In this document: positions 1 to 12,124 of the stretch, in pieces
How positions within the stretch are numbered: position 1 is the first letter of the stretch
Layout: the number at the start of each line of letters is the position of its first letter
The notes under the pieces: generated by a model
The model's database searches: none
Seen by the model: the letters and a program-made list of their open reading frames with translations, nothing else
Told to the model about the DNA's origin: nothing
NCBI GenBank assembly: GCA_951406725.2
Contig: OX597815.1
Location: 212,598,001 to 212,662,000 of the forward strand
Source: Octopus vulgaris
Taxonomy: Eukaryota
DNA length: 64,000 nt
Reading direction: 5' to 3'
Program-made: the position numbers and the translations under genes

Positions 1-228
1 ATTCGAGCGAGGTCGTTGCCAGTACCACCTGACTGGCCCCCGTGCCCGTGGCACGTAAAAGCACCCACTACACTCTTAGAGTGGTTGGAGTTAGGAAGGG
101 CATCAAGCTGTAGAAACTCTACCAGATCAAGATTGGAGCCTGGTGCAGCCATCTGGTTCGCCAGTCCTCAGTCAAATCATCCAACCCATGCTAGCATGGA
201 AAGCAGACGGTAAACGATGATGATGATG
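1..228 (+). mobile_element. RTE-clade LINE 3' end (family A), cut by window edge
   Basis: Shared core GGCACGTAAAAGCACCCACTACACTC...AGGAAGGGCATC...CCAACCCATGCTAGCATGGAAAG followed by (GAT)n tail; same as ~20 other copies in the window. Confidence 0.8.
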
Positions 229-429
229 AAATATCAGTCTACTGTTGGACAGATCTTGGCAGTCAAAAGACAGAGTAAAGAAGAATCAGGACCATATATC
301 TGCAGGCAGTATTACCATTTGTACACTTGTCAAAATGTTTTGACTGTCCACTGAGGCAAAAAAACTGGAGCAAATTCTTCTTACCTGTGGTATACTTTAA
401 ATAGTAGTAGCAGTAGTAGTGATGCTCTA

Positions 430-690
430 CAGTGATTCTCAACCATTTTTACCTATGAACCCCTTGGATTCCCGTTTTACTCAGGTGGACCCCCATAGTA
501 ATTCAATATTTAAAAAATCCTATTGTATTTTTATAATTAAATATTATTCGGAATTGTAATAAAAAAAAAAAGATTGTGAAAATATTTTATGTATTGTAGA
601 AATATAACCAATTTAAAGTACATAAATTTTAACAAGAAAATCTTACATGGACCCCTAAAGGTCATTAGGGGCCCTGGTTGAGCCCTACTA
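430..690. mobile_element. Non-autonomous hAT-like MITE
   Basis: Starts CAGTGATTCTCAACC and ends GGTTGAGCCCTACTA (degenerate TIR pair), with subterminal TGGACCCC motifs; TSD not clearly resolved. Confidence 0.5.
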
Positions 691-699
691 TTCTACAAG

Positions 700-1175
700 A
701 ACACACAGACTAAAATATGATCATCTGATAGCTTCTTTGATATCAATGCTGGAGTCCAACATGGTGTTATACTTGTTCAATCCCTATTTCTCATCCGCTA
801 TGTCTTTCACACTTTGATTGAAAAGATTAATGAACATCGTTTCACTCTGACAAAATCCACCTTCCCTCATCAACCAGGTAATAATAATAACAGATGTAGC
901 TCATGTTGATGATAATTACTCTCTTCATACTCGCTTCTGTAATTAACTTCTACATGACCTTGGAAAAGCAGCAGAAGATATTGGTCTATATTTTAATGCC
1001 TCAAAGACTGAATATATCTGCTACTATCAAAAGGGCTCAATAAGCACAATCAACAGATTTTATTAAAAATCTGTGGACTCCTTTGTATACTTAGGAAATA
1101 ACATTATATCTACAGAAAAGATTGTAAACATTTGTCTCACCAAAGCATGGGCTGTTCTTGGAGACTTCAGTGTCA
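700..1175 (+). mobile_element. Decayed RTE/RTE-X reverse transcriptase fragment (probably continues at ~1600-1900)
   Basis: Reads INAGVQHGVILVQSLFLI (cf. GVLQGDTLAPxLF), TDVAHVDD (cf. YADD), IGLYFNASKTEY (cf. GLxxNxxKT), FVYLG; frameshifted. Confidence 0.65.
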
Positions 1176-1215
1176 CTTAGAAATTATCACTACCAGTTGA
1201 TCTTAGAACTTTGTT

Positions 1216-1598
1216 TTTTCTATGCCGGTGGCACGTAAAAAGCACCAGCCGTTCATGGCCGTTGCCAGCCTCGCCTGGCCCCCATGCCGGTGGCACGTAA
1301 AAAGCACCATCCGTTCTTGGCCGTTGCCAGCCTCGCCTGGCCCCCGTGCCGGTGGCACATAAAAAGCACCATCCATCCGTGGCCATTTGCTAGCTCTGTC
1401 TGGCACCTGTGCGGGTGGCACGTAAAAAGCACCCACTATACTCACAGAGTGGTTGCGTTAGGAAGGGCATCCAGCCGTAGAAACACTGCCAGATCAGACT
1501 GGGCCTGATGCAGCCTTCTGGCTTCACAGACCCCAGTTGAACCGTCCAACCCATGCTAGCATGGAAAGTGGACGCTAAATGATGATGATGATGATGAT
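1216..1598 (+). mobile_element. RTE-clade LINE 3' end (family A) with 4 tandem GTGGCACGTAAAAAGCACC units
   Basis: Tandem units, conserved core and (GAT)n tail at ~1579-1598. Confidence 0.85.
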
Positions 1599-1956
1599 GT
1601 CACTGTGAAATCAGTGCTGCCATATAGATCAATTGCTTAGACACTCAACAAACACCTGGAGGATGCTGTTACTGGCCATTCTGAGTATTTTATGGGTAAA
1701 GCATCCTACCAAAGACAGTCTTCTTGCAGTCACTGATGTGAAAGAATTCATTAGTGACACAGTCTTATGGACATGCCAACATAGATATAAACTGATCAGG
1801 TGCCCTGCAGAAGCCTTCATCAACTATTCTACACATGAAAGAGATGTTGTCCTGCTGACCGCCAGATTGCAATGAGGGTTTGTGCCGATGGCATGATCAA
1901 ACCAAACATATATTTAATGTAAAAAATTTTCTTAACCAAATATGACTTGCTTAATA

Positions 1957-2212
1957 ACAATTGCAGATTGGAAGGTGTTTATAAGCCATTTAAGAAACAC
2001 ACAAAAACCGTTAGATTCACTTCAACATTTAAATTTAATTTGTCAAAATATTTTCGTCACTTTGATGCAGCACGGAATTTTGTCAGTGAACAGGTCGCGG
2101 CCTCAAAGCGCCGAAAATATTTTGACAAATCAAATTTAAATGTTGAAGTAAATCTAACAGTTTTTGTGCATTTCTTAAATGGCTTATAAACACCTTCCAC
2201 GCTGCAATTGTT
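1957..2212. mobile_element. Penelope-like derived palindromic element, ~110-bp inverted arms
   Basis: Arm AACAATTGCAG...TTTTCGTCACTTTGA (1957-2065) is the reverse complement of TCAAAGCGCCGAAAATATTTTG...CTGCAATTGTT (2103-2212); hammerhead-like motif at the centre. Confidence 0.65.
2079..2129 (+). ncRNA. Minimal type-I hammerhead-like ribozyme, G3:C8 core variant
   Basis: Stem I TTTGTCA/TGACAAA; core GTGAACA; stem II GG(T)CGC/GCGCC; GAAA; palindromic AATATT stem III; predicted cut after 2122. Confidence 0.55.
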
Positions 2213-3479
2213 TTCGTTCCAGCACACAATCTCAGATCAGGTCACTTGCTATGCAAGTACAACTCCGTAACTTGCTTAATAATACTAAAAGTATTGATAA
2301 TAACATCATAGATGTACAATGACTTTGATACTTAATATATTTGCAATGCACAAGCTGTTTTGAACACTTGTCAAACATAACTCAGAAATATTCAACAATC
2401 TATACCCTACCCCAAAACACACTTCTGACTGCTAATTGAATATTATATTTATGGTTAATTCAATAAATTGATTCTTAACATTGACACAAGAATACTAATT
2501 TATTCATATTTTTGGAGCAAGGTGTAATCAATTTAAACAACTCCAATACTTGACTGGTATAATTTTATTAAACTTGGCAGGACAAAATTAACTCAAACTC
2601 AATGGGATATGAATACAGAACATAAAGAAGCCAAACTGAAGACTGCAAAACATTTTATCTATCACTGGAATGCTTCTATCACATGACCAGCCATGTATTG
2701 CAAATATTTCTAATACATCTGAAAGTTAATGAAAGAGGCATAGAGATGAATTAACTAACATCATCATCATCATAGTCATTTTAATGTCCACTTTTACATG
2801 TTTGCTTGGGTAGACAGGATTCATTGAAGCAGATTTTCTATAGCTGGATGCCCTTCCACGCACCAACTGTCACCTGTTTCTAAGCATGGTAATACTTCTC
2901 TGTAACCAGACAGGTTTACATGGAATACTGAAACTGTGGTACACCACTCATATGATGGTGACACTCGCTTATCGCATAATGTCAATAAATAAATACATAC
3001 ACACACACGTACGCACACAAACATTATACATACAATGGGCTTCATTCATTTTCTATCTACCAAATCTGGCTTTGGTCAATCAAGGGCTGTAGTAGAAGAT
3101 GCTTGCCCAAGGTGCCAAACAGTGGAAATGAACCTGGAACCATGTGACTGATAAGCAAATTTCTTAACCACACAGCTATACCTGTACCTATGAGAAATAT
3201 TCTAATTCATCAACAGATTATATGGTTTCGTAAGTAGCACAAACTAACAACGCCCAAAGGTAAAAATGTCTGTCTTAATTATTTTTAAAATTTATCTTTT
3301 CTAGATATCAATTTTCAAGTATTTACAAATAATTTGCTTTTAGAGATAAATTGATGTTGAAACAGACAAGGTGCATAAAAACTGCTGCAGAGAAATAGTA
3401 TGCATGCACACACACATACATACATAAGGTGGGTAGATTAGGTAGGTAAAAACAGACAGATATAAATATCTGCATGGGT

Positions 3480-5660
3480 GGTCAGGTCTTTTTTTTCTGC
3501 ACCATATGTTGCCAATGACTACAGTCCTTTGTCTCCTCCACTGTGAGGTGCAACTGTTTTTGACCAAAGTCTTCATTAACTCATTCCATGTCTCCAGTCT
3601 TCATCCAACCTGTTCCATCCACCCTATACACCCACACTTCTCTAAACAGTTGCCTTTCTCTATAAACATCATATGCCTCTACCAGTACAGTTTTCTCTTT
3701 TCTATACTATGATTCCTTCTGTATTCTGCTTCTTTTTTTTTATTTTATTTTTCACACTTCATTTTCACTTTGTCAGGTATGTACACTAACATTATATAAC
3801 CAACAGAGCAGAGTCTTCGCAAATCTTCTGCAAGCAAGGCCCCTGTCTTGTTCCCATGAAGCATCACGACTTATAAAAACATCATATAATCTGCTCTTCC
3901 TTCCAAGAAAGAAGCCCTTAATAAACAGCAGGTGACAACTGCTCGAAACTTTTCCCAAACTGTTCTTGCTCTGGTTATTATGCTTTCAGTACACATACCT
4001 CCACAGCTAATTAGGACAATTAGGTAACAAAAGCTATCAACAACTTCTAGTGATCCTTCTCAGCATTTGAAGGAATTTACTTCCTTCAAATCTTCCTACT
4101 GCATATCTACCACATATGGCTACCTTCTTTTTGGCCTGCCTGTAATCCCACCATACTTCTTGTGCATCCATAGTTTACACTGGTTAGATTACAGAAGCCC
4201 AATCTACATCTTTTCTGCATATGAAGCACAACCATTTCACTGATGGTAGCAGAGTTCTGTCCTTCCTGTCAAAATTTTAGTCTTTCCTAATCTGACTTTC
4301 AGGTTTCTCAGTTTTAGGTCTTGCTTCCATGTCTGAAAGGGTTTCTTTAAACCAACTGCAGATTCTACTATAAGAATTAGGTTATCAACTCTACTATACT
4401 GGCCTGGAGGAACATAATAAGCAGGAAGAGGCTGAATATAAAGCATTAATGGATCATTACCTGCATTCTAAAGTCGCCGTGGACCTCCTTGCTAACAGAA
4501 CCTCTGTATCTGTCTTGTACAGCACACACAAGCCATACATCTGCCCTTAGTTTCCTTAGTAGCCATTAGAATACAGAGCATAGAATCCTGTCAAAGACTT
4601 CTTTATGCAAAAAGTGGCTTATCCTAGCTAAAGATGAAGATGGTGTTTGAAATACCTCTTCCTGACATGAAACAAAACTAAATCTCATCATCATCATTGA
4701 ATGCCCACTTTCCATGCTGGCATGGGTTGGACAGTTTGACCGGGATCTGGGAAGCCAGGAGGCTGCACCAGACTCCAGTCTGATCTGGCAGTGCTTCTAC
4801 AGCTGAATGCCCTTCCTAACGCCAACCACTCCGTGAGTGTAGTGGGTGCTTTTTACATGCCACCGGCACAGGTGCCAGGGGAGGCTGGAAGCAGCCACGA
4901 TTGATTGGTGCTTTTTACGTGCCACTGGCATGGAAGCCAGATCAACTCTTTTTAAAATCAGTTATACAATAACTTTTTCCCTAACTTTCGCAACTAGTTG
5001 TACCGTTTGATACTTCTACAGTTGCCCCCTTTCAAGTGCATCTCTTTTGCACTTTACAATGATATTGCTACACTAATCCTTGAATATGTCACATTCCTGT
5101 ACTACCTGACTGATTATACAAGTGACTAACACACCTGCTGTTTTGCCAGTTATTTTAACTATTTCTTCAACTATCCCTGATGAACTAGTAGCCTTCCCAG
5201 ACTTCATATCCGTAATTGTACACGCATCCATCTGCTGTCAAGTTGAATGGCTGATCCATCAGCTGAGTCTGTTTAGGATAGACCGTCTCTCACCTGTGCA
5301 TTCTTCACATTCAATAATAACTTTCCACTCATAATAACACCTCAATGCCGCTTTCTTTCAAGTAACAGTAGAAACAAGTGTGTTGTTATCATTCCTTAAA
5401 CATTTCACTGTCTCCATCCATCTGGATTCTTTCTAGTACACTGCTTTGCAATCAGGGACATCTCATGCCTCTGACCCTCAGGTCACAGCTTAATAGCAAA
5501 ACTCTTCCCACGGGCAAAGTATACCAGATATCTATCTTCTAGCTATTTGATACTGCTCTCTGCTACTCCTTTTCCTTACCTTAGATTTTACGAGTCAGTC
5601 TACAAGACTACTCCACTATGATGTCACCTTCCATCCAGCTGGACTTTTGGAAAGTGACAT
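3480..5660 (-). mobile_element. Old RTE-clade LINE ORF2 relic
   Basis: ORF 4237-4446 reads VDNLILIVES...FQTWKQDLKLRNLKVRLGKTKIL, matching the RTE RT YADDLVL...WK...GLKVNxxKTK region; heavily decayed flanks, limits approximate. Confidence 0.7.
4686..4940 (-). mobile_element. RTE-clade LINE 3' end (family A) nested in older RTE relic
   Basis: (CAT)n then CCATGCTGGCATGGGTTGGAC...GCCCTTCCTAACGCCAACCACTCC. Confidence 0.8.
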
Positions 5661-5713
5661 GGAGGTGGAATAATGCTATAGGTAGAACCATTAAAGCTAA
5701 TAGATTTGCTTTT

Positions 5714-5763
<50 letters not shown>

Positions 5764-5871
5764 TATATATATAAAATAATAAGGGTGAAAAATTGAATAT
5801 TAATTTGATTATTATCAATTTAAAACCAGTGGTCTAGCATATTTAAAAATCTGAAGTTTTAGAAAAAAAAT

Positions 5872-5987
5872 TATATTACATACATATAAGAAGGATGACC
5901 TGTAAGTGGCCATCCATTTTGCTAGATCTTCTTCTAGCATAATGGCTGTCCATTTACAGGTCATCCCTCTTATATGTATGTAATATA
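5872..5987. repeat. ~55-bp-arm inverted repeat (hairpin) in a (TA)n-flanked element
   Basis: TATATTACATACATATAAGAAGGATGACCTGTAAGTGG...GCTAGA pairs with TCTAGC...CCATTTACAGGTCATCCCTCTTATATGTATGTAATATA. Confidence 0.75.
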
Positions 5988-6269
5988 TATACTATATATA
6001 GAGAGAGAAAGAGACAGACAGAGAGATGGACATATTATGCACAAAACAGTGCAAATCAGAAAAACTTAAATAAATTTAATCACATCTCACAGTGGGTTAA
6101 ATAATGTAAATAAATACATTCTTTATATGCTAATGATGTGAGAAAAAAGAGGGTGAACCATTTCACAGATTGTTGACTACTTTTCAGAGATGACATACCT
6201 GGCTTCCTCTCTGCAATCAATAGCATAGTTCAACTGTTATATAAACCTGTCATAAATTAGAGTAGCACC

Positions 6270-6525
6270 AGGAAGGGGGAGCCTAATTTGCATATTTGTG
6301 CTTTTGCAAGCCCACCATTGATTAAACAATATCTATTTTATGCATAACCCAGCATAAAGCAGAAGAAGTGGAATAACTATAAACTTAACGAAAACCTCAT
6401 TGTGAGTTAAAAAAGAATGTAAGTACATTATTTACTTGTGCTCTGTTGTGCATAAAATAGATATTGTGTAATTTATGATGATGAGCCATCAAAAGCGCAG
6501 ATATAGATATTGGGCCATCCACCAA
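6270..6525. mobile_element. Diverged fold-back/MITE-like element
   Basis: ACAATATCTATTTTATGCATAAC pairs with GTTGTGCATAAAATAGATATTGT, with weaker complementarity further out. Confidence 0.5.
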
Positions 6526-6697
6526 ACTGCTAGCCTATATAATGGTTGACCCATGCCATTGATTGTGGAAGGAAACCTGGTACTTCTCTAAGGAGCAGAC
6601 AACAAATCATGAAACAATCTGACAAGAGATTCCTTCCCTCTTTTTTCTGTACATCAACACATCAACAGTATAGAAATTGAAGTTCTATAATGTTTGC

Positions 6698-6762
<65 letters not shown>

Positions 6763-6764
<2 letters not shown>

Positions 6765-6945
6765 GTTGACGCTTTTCTTTCTCCGTCTTCCCTTCCTTGG
6801 ACCTCTCCTTTTTCTATGTTTCTGGCGAAGAGATCCGCTCGAAACGTTAATTCCTCCTTTTTTCTTTCCTTTCCTGAGCATCCAATAACACTATACTTGT
6901 TCCACATCCTTGTGTTTTCTCTTTGTTCATGTTTGGATTAACTAT
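6763..6945 (+). mobile_element. Penelope-like non-autonomous repeat with degenerate minimal hammerhead (6819-6851)
   Basis: TTT-CTGGCGA-A-GAGATCCGCTC-GAAACGTT-AA; homologous to minus-strand copy at 34650-34865; embedded in (TA)n. Confidence 0.6.
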
Positions 6946-6961
6946 ATATATATATATATAT

Positions 6962-7410
6962 ATCATCATCATCATCGTTTAACATCCGTTTTCCATGCTA
7001 GCATGGGTTGGACGGTTCGACCGGGGATCTGGGAAGCCAGAAGGCTGCACCAGGCTCCGGTCTATTCTGGCAATGTTTCTACAGCTGGATGCCCTTCCTA
7101 ACGCCAACCACTCCATGAGTGTAGTGGGTGCTTTTTATGTGCCACCTGCACTGGAGCCAGGCGAGGCTGGCATCGGCCACGGTCGGATTGGTGCATTTTA
7201 CATGCCACCTGCACGGAAGCCAGTCGAGGCGGCACTGGCTTCGGCCACGATTCGGATAGTGCTTTTTACGTGCCACCGACATGGAAGCCAGTCGAGGGGG
7301 CGCTGGCATCGGCCACGATTCGGATAGTGCTTTTTACGTTTCTCCAGTCCAGGGGTCCTGGCATCTGCCAGGTGCCAGTCATAGGATTGATTCAATTTCG
7401 ATTTCGATTA
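6962..7410 (-). mobile_element. RTE-clade LINE 3' end (family A) with tandem units
   Basis: (CAT)n, conserved core, 3-4 TTTTACGTGCCACC units. Confidence 0.85.
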
Positions 7411-7432
7411 CAATATATATATATATATATAC

Positions 7433-7880
7433 GATTGGCATCCATTAGTCTCGAAAGACAATGGATCTGCACCTTGGATCAGATTGGTGTTGCAGCATCA
7501 CTTGAGACTGACCTGGCCAATGCGTAAGTGACAGTCACGGCGGCAACGGTCACAAATGTGGTTGGTTAGTTGGTCGTTTGATCTTCCTGCATCCTTGTCT
7601 GTCCTCTGATGTCTGACGTATGTGATCTCCTTCCCTCAGGGCAATACTCAGCGTCTGTCTCCAGCACGAACAGCCTTTTGCCATGTTCCCCCAGCTTTTG
7701 GTATTCATACTCACTGCCTTCATGTCATGTTTGCACACATCCTTGAAATGGAGATGTGGTCGTCCGCGAGCACATCTGCCAGAGGCCAGCTCCCCATACA
7801 GTATATCTTTCAGTAACCTCCCATCGGGCTCCGGTGCATCAGGCATCCCAGCCAGCAGAGACAGCGTTGCCAAAGTAGTG
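7433..7880 (-). mobile_element. RTE-clade LINE ORF2 C-terminus (family distinct from A)
   Basis: ORF 7550-7873 DGRLLKDILYGELASGRCARGRPHLHFKDVCKHDMKA...WRQ is the typical RTE C-terminal segment; ends at a (TA)n run. Confidence 0.85.
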
Positions 7881-8231
7881 TGTTGTGAAAGTAGGTAATA
7901 TCTCGTTGATCTGCCTACCCCATGTCGGTCTTGTTAGCCACATCTGCTCTCATGTGAAACAATGTGCTGGGAGCAGGGGAGGATGAATGCCTTGGATCAA
8001 CACCATCATCACCTTTGATGCGCTACACCACACACACACACACACAGAACACAAACATGCAGCGTATTTCAACATTTAACTAAATATCCTGGAAGAATGA
8101 CAATAATAAAAGGAATAAAGGAATAAGGGGAAAAATAAAAATGTATAAGGAAGATAATAACAGAGAATCATGTCCAATAAGATAAGTCAGATAAATAAAT
8201 TAATCATTGTGGTAATTCTAAATTGTTTAAG

Positions 8232-8280
<49 letters not shown>

Positions 8281-8996
8281 GTGTTATAAAAATGGTTGGT
8301 GTTACTCAGACAATAAATTAATTCCCTTTCGTGCCAAATAAAAAAAAAAACTGAAGGTGAGTTTTAAAAAACTAAAAATTATCAAATAAATTACACACCT
8401 ACACATATAATACAGGATGTGACTAATGTTTACAAAACTATAAACTAAAGCTAAGTTGGTTGTTGCAGCAGATTTAAATATTTCAAAGAAATATTTAGAA
8501 TGCCACATGTCCAGATTTTTTTTTTTAGAGCATAACTTACAGTAGTTAATGGAGAGGAATTTAGAAGTTAAACGCTTGTAGCGAATAACAAATTTCAAAA
8601 ATTGAATATAAAATGAATGTATAAGAAAACTGCATGAACTACTTACATTAGAGAGAGAGAGAGAAAGAGATTGACAACAACTCCCTCTATTAAAACTTAA
8701 GACAGTAGAACGAAAGGGGAAGATAAACTGGTGTGTATATAGGAATTAAAACCAGGCTTTAATCTCTGGTCATTAGTGTGACTGCACCCCCCCTCCTTGT
8801 TGTTGTGCATAAGAGGTGGAGTCTGAGTGAGTTTTGAAGACAAAGAAGAAGCAACAAAGTTAAAGTATTGTAGTTTATCATTTTTAGAGTGGAATTATGG
8901 AGGTTTAAAGTTTATAATTAACAGCTAACGACAAAGGATATAAATTTCCTAAGGGATAAAAAAAATTTCAGTAGAATATAAGAGTATTTAATTATG

Positions 8997-9034
<38 letters not shown>

Positions 9035-9289
9035 TAAATCTTACTCTATCTTTCTCCCACTATTTCTTACATGGATGAACGTAATCTCACATGTCAATAC
9101 ACATCTGTACTGTTGCACACAGCAGCCATTTTCCTTGTTCAGGTTATCATTTAAAACCTGAGAGTATTCCTAAATACGTGACAACTGCGACTATTGGACA
9201 GCACAAACTGTCCACAATCAACACTCTACATCTTGATGCAGTGACTTCTCCCAAAAGATGATAAAAGCTGGTGATGGTGGATCATTATA

Positions 9290-9864
9290 CATCACCATCG
9301 TTTAACATCCGTTTTCCATGCTAGCATGGGTTGGACGGTTCGACCGGGGTCTGGGAAGCAAGGAGGCTGCACTAGGCTCCAGTCTGATCTGGCAGTGTTT
9401 CTACAGCTGGATGCCCTTCCTAACGACAACCACTCTGTGAGTGTAGTGGGTGCTTTTTACGTGCCACCAGCACAGGGGCCAGGAGGCTGGCAACATCCAT
9501 GATCAGTTGGTGCTTTTTACGTGCCACTGGCACAGATGCTAGTCAAGGCAGTGCTGGCATTGGCCACGTTCGGATGATGCTTTTTTACGTGCCACCAGCA
9601 CGGGTATCACAACTACAATTTCCATTTGACTTTTATTTTGACGTTGATGTACTTGACTCAATAGGTCTCCTCCAGCACAGCGGGTCACCCTACGATCCAA
9701 GGTTAGCACAGCAGGCCATCCTGCGAGCCATGAACTCACTTCATTTGTCGGATCTTCGCAGTCACAGCATATCTCCAAAGGTCTCGGTCTTTTGTCATCG
9801 CCTCTGTGAGGCCCAACGTTCAAAGGTCATGCTTGACCACCTCATTCCATGTCTTCTGGGGTCT
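9290..9864 (-). mobile_element. RTE-clade LINE 3' end (family A) including ORF2 C-terminus
   Basis: Minus strand reads RPQKTWNEVVKHDL*TLGLTEAMTKDRDLWRYAVTAK, then the family A UTR and tail. Confidence 0.9.
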
Positions 9865-10287
9865 TTCAATATCTACCAGGGAGGCTCTTTACAATTGGGA
9901 AACTCAATTCTTACATATTGCATAGTCACTTTTATTCATCTCAAAAATGCAATTCTGTTACATTGGTGCCAACAAACATTTCAAACAGTAATTTCCTTGA
10001 GTTATGTCTTTCTTTATACATCAAAGACAATTCTTATGCAGACAATATAAAGAGTTCGACTGAAAAAGACATTCAAAATTGACTCCATCTATGCTGTTTA
10101 TTTATCATTTATCACTGACTGAAGATGTCACATTCCACTTGTTCTTCGTGGCAAATAAATCTTTTAGAAAAAGATCTACATTTATTTTAGCTGTGAATTC
10201 CTCCTTCCTATCACAATTTCTACCCCATTCCTTGCCAACATTGCCTCCTCCTCAAGTTAATCCTTTACTGACATTCATCACTCCTAC

Positions 10288-10496
10288 TCTCTCTCTCACC
10301 AATAACCATGTAGCGGCTCTCTTTCTTTCTCCCTCTCTCTCTCTCCAATAACCATGTAGCGGCTCTCTTTCTTTCTCCCTCTCTCTCTCTCTCACCAATA
10401 ACCATGTAGCTGCTCTCTTTCTTTCTCCCTCTCTCTCTCTCTCTCTCTCACACCAATAACCATGTAGCTGCTCTCTCTCTCTCTCTCTCTCTCTCC
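10288..10496. repeat. Minisatellite, 4 units of CCAATAACCATGTAGC(G/T)GCTCTCT + (CT)n
   Basis: Core visible at ~10299, 10345, 10395, 10453. Confidence 0.9.
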
Positions 10497-10881
10497 ATGT
10501 TGCCGGAGTAATGCAAGTTGTTTCAGATGTAATGGAATCTGATACACCTCACCCATCCCACCCCCCTCTCTCTCCCCTCCCTCTGCAATTGAAATTACTT
10601 TCACTCATTACACCTTGTCATTACCATCTTCCTACTGTTATTGTCTCGTGTCTTCACTCCAAGAATTGGCTCCCTTATTTCTCATTCCCTCAACACTGTC
10701 ACCTGATCACTCTAAACCCTCCCATAGTCTTTTCTTTCTTTTCCTCCTCTCCCACCCTAGTTCATCTTCCGCAGTTACATTCTACCCTAACCCTCTCTAT
10801 TAGTTTACATGACAACATAGAATGGTGAGGACCCTATTTTGCTTTTCAGGTAAAAAAGCAACTTCACTCTAGCTGGTACAA

Positions 10882-11008
10882 TGAATCTGCGAACTAATGG
10901 TATCAAAATTAGCATTTGATGACTAATCTATCAAATTGCTTTGAACAAGAGAACTGGTGCTGGCAGGATGGTCAACACTCAAATGGTCAACACTGAATTA
11001 TTGATTAG
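10882..11008. repeat. 127-bp direct repeat, copy 1
   Basis: TGAATCTGCGAACTAATGG...TTATTGATTAG recurs at 12125-12251 with about 8 mismatches (counted by eye). Confidence 0.9.
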
Positions 11009-11469
11009 TTATGTTTTGTTTTTGTTTTGCCCCAGGTTCCAGTCTGACTGTTTAGTTTCTATGGCTGGATGCCCTTCTTGATGCCAACCACTATACAGCA
11101 TGCGCTGGGTGATGTTAACATGGAACTGGTACAAGTGCTTTTACACAGTGCCAGCACACGTGCTTTTTATGTGGCACCAGCACTGGGCTCTTGCAGGCCA
11201 ATCCTCTACATCAGGGGGATCACTGGCACAGGGCCTGCAAGAGCTCTGTACCAGTACTACATAAAAAGCACTCGTGCCAGTACCACTGAAAGATACTCCA
11301 CAATATATATATATATATATATAAGAGATAATGGTGTCATTGAGACCCAAAGGTGTCAGGTAATGTTGAATAAGTGCTATAGACAGACCACAGTTAAGTT
11401 CCAATTTCGGTAATATTGCGAATAAAGGGTTCAACGTTGGTTCTATGTCAGCGTGTATATATAAGAATG

Positions 11470-11672
11470 TTTTGCGTAATAAGATAAGAAACCAAGGCTG
11501 TGCAGATATTAGAGCATTTATAGATAGAAGGTCTTACAGCTGTCTCTAGGATATTATTTGTCTCCGATGAAGGGATATGATTAATAAATATGCTAGAAAC
11601 AGCTGTAAGACCTTCTATCTATAAATGCTCTAATATCTATACAGCCTTGGTTTTTTATCTTATTACACAAAA
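11470..11672. mobile_element. Penelope-like palindromic element with central degenerate hammerhead (11560-11611, +)
   Basis: ~85-bp inverted arms (11470-11555 / 11587-11672); centre GTCT-CCGATGA-A-GGGATAT..ATATGCT-A-GAAA-CAGCTG-TA-AGAC. Confidence 0.65.
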
Positions 11673-12124
11673 AATTATTATATATATATATATATATATA
11701 TATAATCATTTTATCATCCAATTTTCCATGTTCAAGTGGGTCAGTTTGAATTCACTGAAGCAAATTTTCTATGGCCAAATGCCCTTCTTGTCACATGCAT
11801 CTATTTCCAAACAAGGTAATATTTTCACAAAAGACTGGAAAAGAAGGACAACTCCTATAACAGTGAGGCTGATGTCCTGCTATCACACAATGTCAATACA
11901 AGGCAAAGCAAACCCTAAGCCTATGCACACATGTATGTATATGTGTGTCCGTGTCCCCTATAGTGTTGAATGACAGAAAGCTATCTTCAAGTGTACATCC
12001 AGGTAAAGTTTGTTTTGGTTAAAAGAAGACAGACCAAGAATCAAAGACCTAATGTTGTTTCTACTGAAAGCTTAATATTTACCTTTTACTAGGCAAAGTG
12101 CTGAGCTATATATAATACAAGTGT

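Noticed and set aside
6995-7327. Recurrent ORFs containing LAVFLQLDALPNANHS..VVGAFYVPP
   Set aside because: Antisense translation of the family A RTE 3' UTR; frames differ and break among copies
11335-11375. Minus-strand peptide IQHYLTPLGLN resembling a GIY-YIG C-terminal PxGLN motif
   Set aside because: No upstream GIY-YIG motifs, and its position relative to the hammerhead does not fit an ORF end
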